Below, one piece after another: positions 8,393 to 16,955 of a DNA stretch of 53,126 bases (positions are counted from its first letter, which is position 1; each line of letters opens with the position of its first letter). Below the pieces are notes generated by a model. That model saw only the letters and a program-made list of their open reading frames with translations, was not told where the DNA came from and ran no database searches. The position numbers were made by a program, and so were the translations under genes. Source of the DNA: Eubacteriales bacterium (GTDB taxonomy: Bacteria > Bacillota > Clostridia > Oscillospirales > CAG-272); assembly GCA_051867915.1 (NCBI GenBank), contig JBJDZJ010000096.1:1-53126 (forward strand), in the 5' to 3' direction.

Positions 8393-9733
8393 ATGGGACT
8401 GATTAAAGCGGGCATCGGCGCACTGGGCGGAACCCTCGCCGATCAATGGAAGGAATTCTTCTACTGCGAATCCATGGATCAAAGGGTGATGGTCACCAAG
8501 GGAAAGAAGCGGATGACTTCCCGCTCTTCCAATACCAAGGGGAACGACAACATCATCTCCAACGGATCGGGCATCGCTGTGGCTGACGGACAGTGTATGC
8601 TGATCGTGGAGCAAGGAAAAGTGGTGGAGGTCTGCGCCGAACCGGGCGAATATACCTACGATCGTTCCACCGAACCCTCCATCTTTGCGGGCAGTCTGGG
8701 AAAATCCATTCTGGATACCTTCAAGACCGTCGGAAAGCGGTTTTCCTACGGTGGGGACACCGGCAAGGATCAGCGGGTCTACTACATCAATACCAAGGAG
8801 CTGATGGACAACAAGTTCGGCACCCCGAATCCCATCCCCTTCCGGGTGGTGGATCGGAACATCGGACTGGATATTGATGTGTCGGTACGCTGTTCGGGGG
8901 TCTACTCCTACAAGATCAGTAATCCCATTCTGTTCTATACCAATGTCTGCGGCAATGTGACTGCCGACTATACAAGGGATCAGATCGAGAGTCAGCTCAA
9001 AACCGAGTTCATCAGCGCACTCCAGCCGGCATTCGCCAGAATCTCTGAGATGGAAGTGCGCCCCAGCGCCCTTCCTGCTCACGCAGCCGAGATTTCGGAT
9101 GCCATGAATGCCGCTCTGACCGGAAAATGGGGAGAGCTTCGGGGTCTTTCCGTCATTTCGGTTGCCCTGAATCCCATCACTCTGCCTGAGGAGGATGCCG
9201 AACTGATCAAACAGGCACAGCGTACCGCCATTCTCCGCGATCCCACCATGGCGGCGGCAACTCTCACCGGCGCACAGGCAGATGCCATGAAGGCGGCTGC
9301 TGCCAACAAGAACGGTGCCATGACCGGTTTTATGGGTATGGGTATGGCAATGAATGCGGGTGGCGGCATGAATGCCCAGGGACTTTACGAAATGGGCAGA
9401 AGTCAGACGCCTCCGTCCCCTGCCGCTCCGCCCAAGGCGAATCCTGCGGCGGGATCGGCATCCGACAGCTGGACCTGTTCCTGCGGAGCGGTGGTCAGCG
9501 GAAAATTCTGCACCGAGTGCGGAGCCAAGCGTCCCGAGTCCGGCTGGACTTGTCCCAAATGCAAGACGGTCAACAAGGGAAAATTCTGCTCTGAATGCGG
9601 GGAAAGAAAGCCGGCGGATGCACCCCTCTATCGCTGTGACAAGTGCGGATGGGAGCCGGAGGACCCCAAGAATCCTCCGAAATTCTGTCCCGAGTGCGGA
9701 GACCGTTTTGTCGACAACGATATCAAACGATAA
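8393..9733 (+). CDS. SPFH-like (COG4260 / B. subtilis YdjI-type) protein with three C-terminal zinc-ribbon modules
   Basis: 'RVYYINTKELMDNKFGTPNPIPFRV...' resembles the YdjI family block. An Ala/Gly/Met-rich linker follows. The tail then has three CxxC-N10-12-CxxC units: 'WTCSCGAVVSGKFCTECG', 'WTCPKCKTVNKGKFCSECG', 'YRCDKCGWEPEDPKNPPKFCPECG'. Confidence 0.75.
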   Translation: MGLIKAGIGALGGTLADQWKEFFYCESMDQRVMVTKGKKRMTSRSSNTKGNDNIISNGSGIAVADGQCMLIVEQGKVVEVCAEPGEYTYDRSTEPSIFAGSLGKSILDTFKTVGKRFSYGGDTGKDQRVYYINTKELMDNKFGTPNPIPFRVVDRNIGLDIDVSVRCSGVYSYKISNPILFYTNVCGNVTADYTRDQIESQLKTEFISALQPAFARISEMEVRPSALPAHAAEISDAMNAALTGKWGELRGLSVISVALNPITLPEEDAELIKQAQRTAILRDPTMAAATLTGAQADAMKAAAANKNGAMTGFMGMGMAMNAGGGMNAQGLYEMGRSQTPPSPAAPPKANPAAGSASDSWTCSCGAVVSGKFCTECGAKRPESGWTCPKCKTVNKGKFCSECGERKPADAPLYRCDKCGWEPEDPKNPPKFCPECGDRFVDNDIKR

Positions 9734-9745
9734 CAGGTAGAAGCC

Positions 9746-10831
9746 ATGTCCAATCAACTGACCTATAAATGTCCCTGTTGCGGAGGCGCCATTGAGTTTG
9801 ACGCCTCCCTCCAGAAGCTCAAATGCCCCTATTGCGATACCGAGTTCGACGCCGAGACGCTGAAGGAGTACGACGATGAACTTCAGCAGGATGATGAGGA
9901 CGAACTGAACTTTGATCTGAATTCGGGGGCCACATGGAGCGGACAGGATGCGGACGGGATGTCGGTGTATGTCTGTTCCTCCTGCGGCGGCGAGATCGTC
10001 GCCGACAGGACGACGGCGGCGACCGCCTGCCCTTTCTGCGGCAATCCGGTGGTGCTGACCGGCAATCTGGAAGGCGATCTGAAGCCCGATTGGGTGATCC
10101 CCTTTCAGGTGGACAAAAATGCGGCGATTGCGGCACTTAAGCGGCATTTCAAAGGGAAAAAGCTGCTTCCGAAAGTCTTTTCCGATGAAAATCATCTGGA
10201 GGAGATCAAGGGGGTCTATGTCCCCTTCTGGGTTTTCGATGCCGATACCGATGCCACCATCCGCTACCGTGCGACCAAATCCTTTACCTGGAGCGACCGA
10301 AATTACATTTACACCCGGGTCGCTCACCATATGGTGGTCCGATCGGGAGAGCTGGGGTTTGAGGGCGTTCCCGCCGACGGTTCCTCCAAAATGGACGACG
10401 CCCTGTCCGAATCCATCGAACCCTACGATTTTTCGAAGGCTGTGGACTTTTCCACGGCGTATCTGCCCGGCTATCTGGCGGAGCGCTACGATGTGAAGTC
10501 GGACGCCTGCAGTGAGCGGGTCCGGACACGGATGAAGACCTCCACCGAGCAGGTCTTTGCCTCCACGGTGACGGGATACGGTTCGGTGACTCCGGAAAAA
10601 TCCACCGTAAAGCTGAAGAACAGTCGGGTTCGTTATGCCCTTTGCCCGGTCTGGATTCTGAATACCAAGTGGAAGGATCGAAACTTCACCTTTGCCATGA
10701 ACGGGCAGACCGGGAAATTCGTCGGCGATCTCCCTCTGGACAAAGCCGCCTATTTCCGCTGGCTTTTCGGACTGACTGCCGCCATCGGAGCCGGAATTTT
10801 CCTGCTTTTGTGGCTGATTTTCACGCTGTAA
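9746..10831 (+). CDS. Double zinc-ribbon membrane protein (YdjG-like)
   Basis: 'YKCPCCGGAIEFDASLQKLKCPYCDTEF' and 'YVCSSCGGEIVADRTTAATACPFCGNPVV'. A single C-terminal TM helix 'LFGLTAAIGAGIFLLLWLIF'. Starts 13 nt after the upstream stop. Confidence 0.65.
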   Translation: MSNQLTYKCPCCGGAIEFDASLQKLKCPYCDTEFDAETLKEYDDELQQDDEDELNFDLNSGATWSGQDADGMSVYVCSSCGGEIVADRTTAATACPFCGNPVVLTGNLEGDLKPDWVIPFQVDKNAAIAALKRHFKGKKLLPKVFSDENHLEEIKGVYVPFWVFDADTDATIRYRATKSFTWSDRNYIYTRVAHHMVVRSGELGFEGVPADGSSKMDDALSESIEPYDFSKAVDFSTAYLPGYLAERYDVKSDACSERVRTRMKTSTEQVFASTVTGYGSVTPEKSTVKLKNSRVRYALCPVWILNTKWKDRNFTFAMNGQTGKFVGDLPLDKAAYFRWLFGLTAAIGAGIFLLLWLIFTL

Positions 10832-10843
10832 GGAGGACCGTGT

Positions 10844-11641
10844 ATGAAAAAAATCTTCCTTATGGTTACCGTTACTCTCACCGCTTTTCTGACTGCCTTT
10901 CCGGTGTCCGCCATCGGGCCGGATACCGTGTCCGATGCCGGAACCTCCTATGTCTTTGACGAAGCGGGCATTCTCACCGACAGACAGTCGGAAACCCTTG
11001 ATGAAAAGCTTGCTTCGGTCAGCAGTCTGCGGGACTGCGATGTGATGGTGCTGACGGTGAAATCCTTGGGATACCGATCCGCTCAGGCGTACGCTGATGA
11101 CTATTACGACGAAAACGGGCTGGGAAGGGGAGACGGCGATGACGGAATCCTTCTGCTGGTCAGTGTCTATGATCGGGAGTGGGCGATTTCCACCTACGGC
11201 TTTGGAATCGAGGCCATTACCGAGGATGCGCTGGATCGCATAGAGGATGACATTTTCACCGATCTGTCGGAGGATCGCTATTACGAAGCCTTCCTGTCCT
11301 ATGCGGATACCGCCGACTTCATGCTGGAAAGGGCAAGAGAGGGGAAGCCCTACCGTGTCTTCCCGTGGATCATCATCCCCATATCTCTGATTCTGGGTCT
11401 TGTCATTGCCCTTGTCTGCGTGAACAGCATGAAGAAAAAACTGAAATCGGTACGGCGGGCGACGGGCGCCTCCGATTATGTCCGAAAGAACAGCCTGAAT
11501 ATCCGCGACAGACGGGATGTCTATCTTTACAGCACCGTATCCAAGATCCCGATACCCAAAGATAACGGCGGAGGATCGGGTTCTTCCACCCATACATCTT
11601 CGTCAGGACGCTCCCACGGAGGCAGAAGCGGTCGTTTTTGA
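10844..11641 (+). CDS. TPM-domain (YdjH-like) membrane protein
   Basis: Signal peptide, then TPM-type blocks 'VFDEAGILTDRQSETLDEKL' and 'DDGILLLVSVYDREWAISTYG'. A TM helix 'IIIPISLILGLVIALVCV' and a Gly/Ser-rich tail follow. AAGGAGG Shine-Dalgarno. Confidence 0.75.
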   Translation: MKKIFLMVTVTLTAFLTAFPVSAIGPDTVSDAGTSYVFDEAGILTDRQSETLDEKLASVSSLRDCDVMVLTVKSLGYRSAQAYADDYYDENGLGRGDGDDGILLLVSVYDREWAISTYGFGIEAITEDALDRIEDDIFTDLSEDRYYEAFLSYADTADFMLERAREGKPYRVFPWIIIPISLILGLVIALVCVNSMKKKLKSVRRATGASDYVRKNSLNIRDRRDVYLYSTVSKIPIPKDNGGGSGSSTHTSSSGRSHGGRSGRF

Positions 11642-11690
11642 CGGGACTTGCATACTTTGCAACTGCGTATTGTGATTTTTAACATAAAAA

Positions 11691-11742
11691 CGGTGATCTG
11701 ATTGGTCAATTTGCAGATTTTTCAATCAGATCACCGATTTTT
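11691..11742 (+). terminator. Intrinsic terminator of the SPFH operon
   Basis: CGGTGATCTGATTG (11691-11704) pairs with CAATCAGATCACCG (11723-11736), followed by ATTTTT. Confidence 0.65.
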
Positions 11743-11753
11743 GGCTTTTTGTA

Positions 11754-11782
11754 TTGACAATTTTTGAAAAAAATGCTATACT
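11754..11782 (+). promoter_or_regulatory. Promoter TTGACA-17 nt-TATACT
   Basis: -35 at 11754-11759, -10 at 11777-11782; 50 nt upstream of ATG 11832. Confidence 0.6.
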
Positions 11783-11831
11783 TACCTAAGCAAAGCAGTG
11801 GAAAACCACTGTATGAATGGGAGGATGTATT

Positions 11832-13784
11832 ATGAAGAAAACATTAACCGCGATTCTTACGGCCGCAATGTTGATTTCACTTGTTCCTGCTACAACAGCA
11901 ACCGCAGATGAAGCGAAGACAGTCGAAGGTCTTACCATGACATCGTATACGATGGTAGCCAAAACCGCCGCATGGGACGATGCGTACAAGCGCGTCATGA
12001 TGCAGGATGACAAGGGCTATCAGTGCAGTTTCGATGACAACAAGATGTTCGATTCCACCATCGACGAACTGGTCTATTGGTCCTATAAGGCCGGAACCGA
12101 TTCGTCTGCCGATTTCGGCAAGTTCAACGGCGATTATTACAAATCCTTCGGCGCACCCTATCAGGGAGATAACAATTACCTGATCCACTGGACGGGCACC
12201 GTTTCCGTTGAGAAGGATACCACCTTTACCGTGGTTGCCAACAAGCTCGACAACGGCTTTGTTCTGGAGTTCGACGGCGTGAGAGCCTTCGAATACTGGG
12301 GAACCGCATACTTTGACTCGGATGAGGATAAGCTGCCCTCCGATATCGGCGAAATCACTCTGACCAAGGGAACGCACACCGTCAATGCATGGTTCCTGGA
12401 GCTGACCGGCGGCGAGGCCTGCGATGTCGGTGCCTATCTGCCCGATTCCACCGAATACAAATCCTTTGCCGATCTGGGTCTGACCTTCGACCTGGCTGCC
12501 GATGTCTATCACACCGACCTCGACCGTTGGGGCGATGTCAACCATGACGGTCATCCGTATACGAAGGCCTTCATTGATGCCGGACAAAAGAAGGGTACCG
12601 GAGACGGCGGTCAGTATAACGGCGGCAACGGCGCTCAGTGTATCGAGGACAACTGGATGTATGATGCCACCATCGACGCACTGCTTGCCGCATCCAAGAA
12701 GGCAGGCACCACCATCGTTCCCCGCGTGGACTATGTCCATCTGGGTATTGCCGATGAGTCCTACATCAACATGTATGAGGGCTTTATCACGGTTGACAAA
12801 ACCGGATACTATCTGTTCGGCGCAGAAAAGGTTGATAACGGCTTCGTCATCGACATCGTCGACGGCAATAAGACCTACCGTGCATTTGAAATGTGGGCAA
12901 ACGGAACCTGGAACGACAACGGTAGCGGATGCTTTATGCCCGAGGATCACAAGGTTTACCTGGAAGCAGGCAAGACCTACGGCTTCCGGGCGGCATTCCT
13001 GGAGCTGGACGGCGGACAGATTCTGTGGCCCAGAGTCAAGTATTCGGAAGACGGCAACGGCATTGCCAATGCGGAAGCTCAGGAAATGAACGGCGTTCTG
13101 AACTATACCACAACGGTCCCTGCCGATATTGACGCAGTGGATCCCTCCGTTCTGGATACCGAAGGAACCGTACTGCTCAACGGTCTTGTTGAGAATGTTG
13201 CCACAAGCCTTAGCGGACTGTGGGAAGCAGACGGCCCCATCTCCAATATTTTCGATAACAACAAAGAGACCAAGTTCGGATGCTCCGATAAGAGAAACGG
13301 TCAGATCACATGGACCACCAAGGAACCCACCACGATCACCAATTATAAGATTGTTGCCGCCAACGACAACAATGAGAACCCCAGAACTCCTCTCGGATGG
13401 ACGCTGGAAGGCTCCAACGACGGCGTCATTTATACGCTGATCGACCATGTAGACCGCGGTGCGGCAGGAATTGCCATGACGGACTTTGCCGAGGCAGTTT
13501 ACAGCGTTGACAATCCCGCAGAATATACCTATTACCGCCTGCGCTTCGTAGGCAACTGGGACGGAACCGGCGGCGGAAGAGACGGCAATGCGGCACTCTC
13601 CTTTGCAGATCTGAATCTCTACAATGTTCCCGAGTCCGTAACGCCTCCTCCCACCGACAATCCCGACACCCCCGATACTCCCGATGTACCTCAGACCGGC
13701 AGTGCCGTTGTTGCACTGGCTGCTGCAGGCGCAATTGCCCTTGCAGGCGCAATTGTAGTTTCCAAGAAGAGAAAGAACGGCTGA
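11832..13784 (+). CDS. Cell-wall-anchored surface protein: two PA14-like modules, an F5/8-type-C (discoidin) domain and a sortase-type sorting signal
   Basis: Signal peptide MKKTLTAILTAAMLISLVPATTATA. Internal duplication: 'IHWTGTVSVEKDTTFTVVANKLDNGFVLEFDGVRAFEYW' versus 'YEGFITVDKTGYYLFGAEKVDNGFVIDIVDGNKTYRAFEMW'. Discoidin-like 'PRTPLGWTLEGSNDGVIYTLID'. The C-terminus has 'VPQTGS', a hydrophobic stretch, then KKRKNG. GGGAGGA Shine-Dalgarno before ATG 11832. Confidence 0.75.
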   Translation: MKKTLTAILTAAMLISLVPATTATADEAKTVEGLTMTSYTMVAKTAAWDDAYKRVMMQDDKGYQCSFDDNKMFDSTIDELVYWSYKAGTDSSADFGKFNGDYYKSFGAPYQGDNNYLIHWTGTVSVEKDTTFTVVANKLDNGFVLEFDGVRAFEYWGTAYFDSDEDKLPSDIGEITLTKGTHTVNAWFLELTGGEACDVGAYLPDSTEYKSFADLGLTFDLAADVYHTDLDRWGDVNHDGHPYTKAFIDAGQKKGTGDGGQYNGGNGAQCIEDNWMYDATIDALLAASKKAGTTIVPRVDYVHLGIADESYINMYEGFITVDKTGYYLFGAEKVDNGFVIDIVDGNKTYRAFEMWANGTWNDNGSGCFMPEDHKVYLEAGKTYGFRAAFLELDGGQILWPRVKYSEDGNGIANAEAQEMNGVLNYTTTVPADIDAVDPSVLDTEGTVLLNGLVENVATSLSGLWEADGPISNIFDNNKETKFGCSDKRNGQITWTTKEPTTITNYKIVAANDNNENPRTPLGWTLEGSNDGVIYTLIDHVDRGAAGIAMTDFAEAVYSVDNPAEYTYYRLRFVGNWDGTGGGRDGNAALSFADLNLYNVPESVTPPPTDNPDTPDTPDVPQTGSAVVALAAAGAIALAGAIVVSKKRKNG

Positions 13785-13802
13785 TTCATCAAATATTGAT
13801 TT

Positions 13803-13830
13803 CATCTGCCGCAGTTATCTGCGGCAGATG
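13803..13830. terminator. 12-bp perfect hairpin (first of two)
   Basis: CATCTGCCGCAG-TTAT-CTGCGGCAGATG, located 19 nt after the surface-protein stop codon. Confidence 0.55.
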
Positions 13831-13837
13831 AAATCGG

Positions 13838-13890
13838 GAAGCCGGAACGCAGACTTGCAAAAGATTTGCAAGTCTGCGTTCCGGCTTTTC
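13838..13890. terminator. 22-23-bp hairpin plus T-run (second of two)
   Basis: GAAGCCGGAACGCAGACTTGCAA (13838-13860) pairs with TTGCAAGTCTGCGTTCCGGCTTT (13866-13888), followed by TC. Confidence 0.6.
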
Positions 13891-13907
13891 AGATATGCGG
13901 GGTAAGA

Positions 13908-14093
13908 TCAGACTACTCCGACAAATTTCAAAATGCAGAGGACAATACCGACAATGCTGTAAAGTTCGAGAAGACTTCCAACGATGCCGAACAGGATGCC
14001 GATAATCGGAATGGCTGCAAGAACTCCGATCAGAATTCCGATAACGGCGGTAACGACGATGAAGATAATCAGCTGTACTACAAACGATGTCAG
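13908..14093 (-). CDS. Possible small hydrophobic membrane protein with no canonical start codon
   Basis: The minus-strand open frame reads '...TPFKIEKGNLTSFVVQLIIFIVVTAVIGILIGVLAAIPIIGILFGIVGSLLELYSIVGIVLCILKFVGVV*', which is two TM-like helices. There is no in-frame ATG/GTG/TTG. A CTG at 14093 is preceded by AAAGGG. The frame is absent from the ORF track, and the listed plus-strand ORF 13866..14138 is its antisense. Confidence 0.3.
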   Translation of the reverse strand: MTSFVVQLIIFIVVTAVIGILIGVLAAIPIIGILFGIVGSLLELYSIVGIVLCILKFVGVV

Positions 14094-14188
14094 GTTACCC
14101 TTTTCGATTTTGAAAGGCGTAGGCCAAATTATAAATAAATATTATACCTTACTAAACGAAATCAGATTATGATATAAAACCAAAAGAA

Positions 14189-14222
14189 ACACTGCCGTAA
14201 GCTGAGCGGCAGTGTCTCTTTT
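14189..14222. terminator. Bidirectional hairpin downstream of the 79-aa membrane-protein gene
   Basis: ACACTGCCG (14189-14197) pairs with CGGCAGTGT (14207-14215), followed by CTCTTTT. Confidence 0.5.
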
Positions 14223-14234
14223 CAAGTGTGGGAA

Positions 14235-14474
14235 TCAGTCGATTGTCCAAATTTTTCCCTTGAGAATAATGCAGATCAAATCAATCAACCACATAAAAGG
14301 TGCGCAGAGAATCAGAATGGCACTGACAATGATGCCGACAAGGTTGTTGGCAACGACACTGCGGAGAAGACGGTATATAGACCAAATAATATCAACTGCA
14401 GGGATGCAGAGAATCAATTTGGCGATAGTGGGAAGTTTGTCGATTGCTTCGATTAACTTTTTTATGGAATCCAT
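14235..14474 (-). CDS. Small integral membrane protein (79 aa, two TM helices), function unknown
   Basis: ORF 14235..14474. GGAGG Shine-Dalgarno 9 nt upstream of ATG 14474. Hydrophobic 'IAKLILCIPAVDIIW' and 'LVGIIVSAILILCAPFMWLIDLICIIL'. Confidence 0.6.
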   Translation of the reverse strand: MDSIKKLIEAIDKLPTIAKLILCIPAVDIIWSIYRLLRSVVANNLVGIIVSAILILCAPFMWLIDLICIILKGKIWTID

Positions 14475-14595
14475 GTAAGAAAACCTCCTTTCAGGTGTAT
14501 CTGCAGGGATGAATGCTATACGATTTGATTATAGCACAAATCCCTTGAAATTGCAAGAGATTTATGAAATTATTTGAATAATTTCCAACGCCCCC

Positions 14596-14624
14596 TTGAA
14601 AAATGTCATCGGATGTGCTAGAAT
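14596..14624 (+). promoter_or_regulatory. Promoter TTGAAA-17 nt-TAGAAT
   Basis: -35 at 14596-14601, -10 at 14619-14624; 60 nt upstream of ATG 14684. Confidence 0.5.
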
Positions 14625-14683
14625 AGAAGTGCGGGAAAACTGCCGAAGGCAGACAAAGGAACCTGCAGAAAGAGGGAATATTC

Positions 14684-15412
14684 ATGAAATACGGATTGCA
14701 GCTTTTCAGTGTTCGGGATGTAACGCCCACCGACCTTCGGGGGACTTTGAAGAAGGTTTCCGAAATCGGCTATAAGGCCGTAGAATTTGCGGGATTTTTC
14801 GGTCATCCTGCCGAAGATGTCCGGTCGTGGCTGGACGAGTACGGACTGGAATGCAGCGGAACCCACACCGGCGTGGAAGAGATCGCCGATCATTTTGAGG
14901 AAACGGTACGCTACCATAAGATCATCGGAAATCGGAACATCATCATTCCGGGCGCAGATCTGTCCACACAGGAAAAATTGGATCATTTTATCGACACCGT
15001 GAACCGCCTGATTCCCGCTCTTGCGGCAGAGGGAATCGCTCTTGGCTATCACAATCATTCCCACGAGTTTATCCCTACTTCCTATGGGAAGATCATTCAC
15101 CATGAAATAGAAACCCGCACTTCTGTGGAGTTGGAAATTGACACATTCTGGGCGTACCATGCAGGCGAGGACCCCATTGCCATTCTTGACAGACTGAAGG
15201 ACCGTATCCGGGTGATTCACCTGAAGGACGGACTGGAAAACGGTACGGGAAAACCGCTGGGAATGGGCATTGCTCCTGTGAAGGAAGTTCATGCCAAAGC
15301 GAAGGAACTTGGCATTTTTCAGGTCGTTGAGTCCGAAACCCTGACTCCCGACGGACTGACCGAGGCCCGGATCTGCTTTGACTGCCTGAAAAAGCTGGAC
15401 GGTATTCAGTGA
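14684..15412 (+). CDS. Sugar phosphate isomerase/epimerase (xylose-isomerase-like TIM barrel)
   Basis: 'MKYGLQLFSVRD...VSEIGYKAVEFAGFFG...NIIIPGAD...LGYHNHSHEF...IRVIHLKDG' matches the typical AP-endonuclease-2/IolE-like TIM-barrel pattern. Confidence 0.8.
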   Translation: MKYGLQLFSVRDVTPTDLRGTLKKVSEIGYKAVEFAGFFGHPAEDVRSWLDEYGLECSGTHTGVEEIADHFEETVRYHKIIGNRNIIIPGADLSTQEKLDHFIDTVNRLIPALAAEGIALGYHNHSHEFIPTSYGKIIHHEIETRTSVELEIDTFWAYHAGEDPIAILDRLKDRIRVIHLKDGLENGTGKPLGMGIAPVKEVHAKAKELGIFQVVESETLTPDGLTEARICFDCLKKLDGIQ

Positions 15413-15879
15413 AAAATACCACGCTCTGCTATCTGGAGTGGGAGAACTGCTATCTTTTGCTCCATCGGGTCAAAAAGGAAAACGACGAGAATCACGATAA
15501 ATGGATCGGTGTAGGCGGCAAGTTCGAAGACGGGGAATCCCCCGAGGACTGCGTCTGTCGGGAGGTGCTGGAGGAAACCGGACTGACCCTGACAGACTAC
15601 CGCTATCGGGGCATCGTCACCTTTGTGTCCGATCTCTATCCCACCGAATATATGCACCTGTTCACGGCGACCGGATTTGACGGGGAACTGATCGAATGCC
15701 CGGAGGGCGTTCTGGAGTGGGTGCCCAAGGATCGGGTCGCCGATCTGCCCATCTGGGAGGGCGATCGGATTTTCCTTACCCTTCTGGCGTCGGATCATCC
15801 CTTCTTCTCTCTGAAGCTGTGCTACAAAGGGGAGCGTCTGACCCATGCCGTATTGAACGGCAAGCCCATTCTGCCCTGA
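15409..15879 (+). CDS. NUDIX hydrolase (MutT-like)
   Basis: Nudix box 'GVGGKFEDGESPEDCVCREVLEETGL'. The GTG start overlaps the upstream stop (GTGA at 15409-15412). Confidence 0.85.
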   Translation: MKNTTLCYLEWENCYLLLHRVKKENDENHDKWIGVGGKFEDGESPEDCVCREVLEETGLTLTDYRYRGIVTFVSDLYPTEYMHLFTATGFDGELIECPEGVLEWVPKDRVADLPIWEGDRIFLTLLASDHPFFSLKLCYKGERLTHAVLNGKPILP

Positions 15880-15914
15880 CAGAGTCGGATCATCAAGAAA
15901 GGAAATCATGAACT

Positions 15915-16904
15915 ATGGCAAAAATCATCGGAAATCCCCTTCCGAACATTCCCTGGGAGGACAAACCAGCAAATTGCAAGGAGCCGGTATGGAGATACAG
16001 CGGCAATCCCATTATCGAGCGGCATCAGAATTTCAAAATCAACAGCATCTTCAACAGTGCGGTGGTACCCTATAAGGACGGCTTTGCCGGCGTTTTCCGT
16101 TGCGACGATAAGGCAGTCCGGATGAATCTGTTTGCCGGATTTTCGTCCGACGGTATTCACTGGCAGATCGAAGAGGAACCGATTCATCTGATCGGCGACG
16201 ATCCCGAGGTCACCCGTTTCGAATATCGCTATGATCCCCGGGTCTGCTACCTGGAAGGGCATTACTATGTGACCTGGTGCAACGGCTATCACGGTCCCAC
16301 CATCGGAATTGCCTATACCGACGATTTCAAGACCTTCCGTCAGCTGGAGAATGCCTTCCTGCCCTACAACCGCAACGGAGTCCTCTTTCCGAGAAAAATC
16401 GGCGGGCTGTACACCATGCTCTCCCGCCCCTCCGATACCGGGCATACGCCTTTTGGGGATATTTATCTGTCCCAGTCTCCCGATCTGACCTTCTGGGGCA
16501 AGCACCGTCATGTGTTCGGCCCGGCGCCCTTTGATGTGTCGGCGTGGCAGTGTACCAAAACCGGTGCAGGACCCTGTCCCATCGAGACGGATGAGGGCTG
16601 GCTGCTGATCTATCACGGGGTCATTACCACCTGTAACGGCTATGTCTACCGCATGGGCTGTGCAATTCTGGATCTGAATAACCCCTCGGTTGTAAAGTAT
16701 CGGACGCAGTTCTACATTCTGGGTCCCGAAATGCCCTATGAGCAGTGCGGAGATGTTCCCAATGTGACCTTCCCCTGCGCCGCCCTTACCGACAGCGAAA
16801 CCGGCAGAATCGCCATCTATTACGGCTGTGCGGATACCGTCACCGGCCTGGCCTTCACCACGGTGGATGAGCTGGTGGACTATACGAAGAAGTATTCCAT
16901 GTAA
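15915..16904 (+). CDS. Glycoside hydrolase family 130 beta-mannoside phosphorylase-type enzyme
   Basis: '[40 protein letters not shown]', '[19 protein letters not shown]' and '[17 protein letters not shown]' match my recollection of GH130. At 329 aa it fits the short GH130 clade. The substrate is not assignable. Confidence 0.8.
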   Translation: MAKIIGNPLPNIPWEDKPANCKEPVWRYSGNPIIERHQNFKINSIFNSAVVPYKDGFAGVFRCDDKAVRMNLFAGFSSDGIHWQIEEEPIHLIGDDPEVTRFEYRYDPRVCYLEGHYYVTWCNGYHGPTIGIAYTDDFKTFRQLENAFLPYNRNGVLFPRKIGGLYTMLSRPSDTGHTPFGDIYLSQSPDLTFWGKHRHVFGPAPFDVSAWQCTKTGAGPCPIETDEGWLLIYHGVITTCNGYVYRMGCAILDLNNPSVVKYRTQFYILGPEMPYEQCGDVPNVTFPCAALTDSETGRIAIYYGCADTVTGLAFTTVDELVDYTKKYSM

Positions 16905-16918
16905 AGATTATATGTATT

Positions 16919-16955
16919 TTTCCCGAATCCGATAACGGATTCGGGAAGTTTTTTT
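16919..16955 (+). terminator. Intrinsic terminator of the isomerase-NUDIX-GH130 operon
   Basis: TTCCCGAATCCG-ATAA-CGGATTCGGGAA followed by GTTTTTTT. Confidence 0.7.

Noticed and set aside
8147-11593. A 1148-aa ORF on the minus strand spanning three plus-strand genes. It is the longest ORF in the track.
   Set aside because: It is the codon-aligned antisense frame of the SPFH, zinc-ribbon and TPM genes, which all start in the same phase (8393, 9746 and 10844 are congruent mod 3). The frame stays open because the sense genes rarely use TTA, CTA or TCA codons. The translation is low-complexity (G/R/S/H-rich) with no recognisable motif and no Shine-Dalgarno, whereas the plus-strand proteins carry clear domains.
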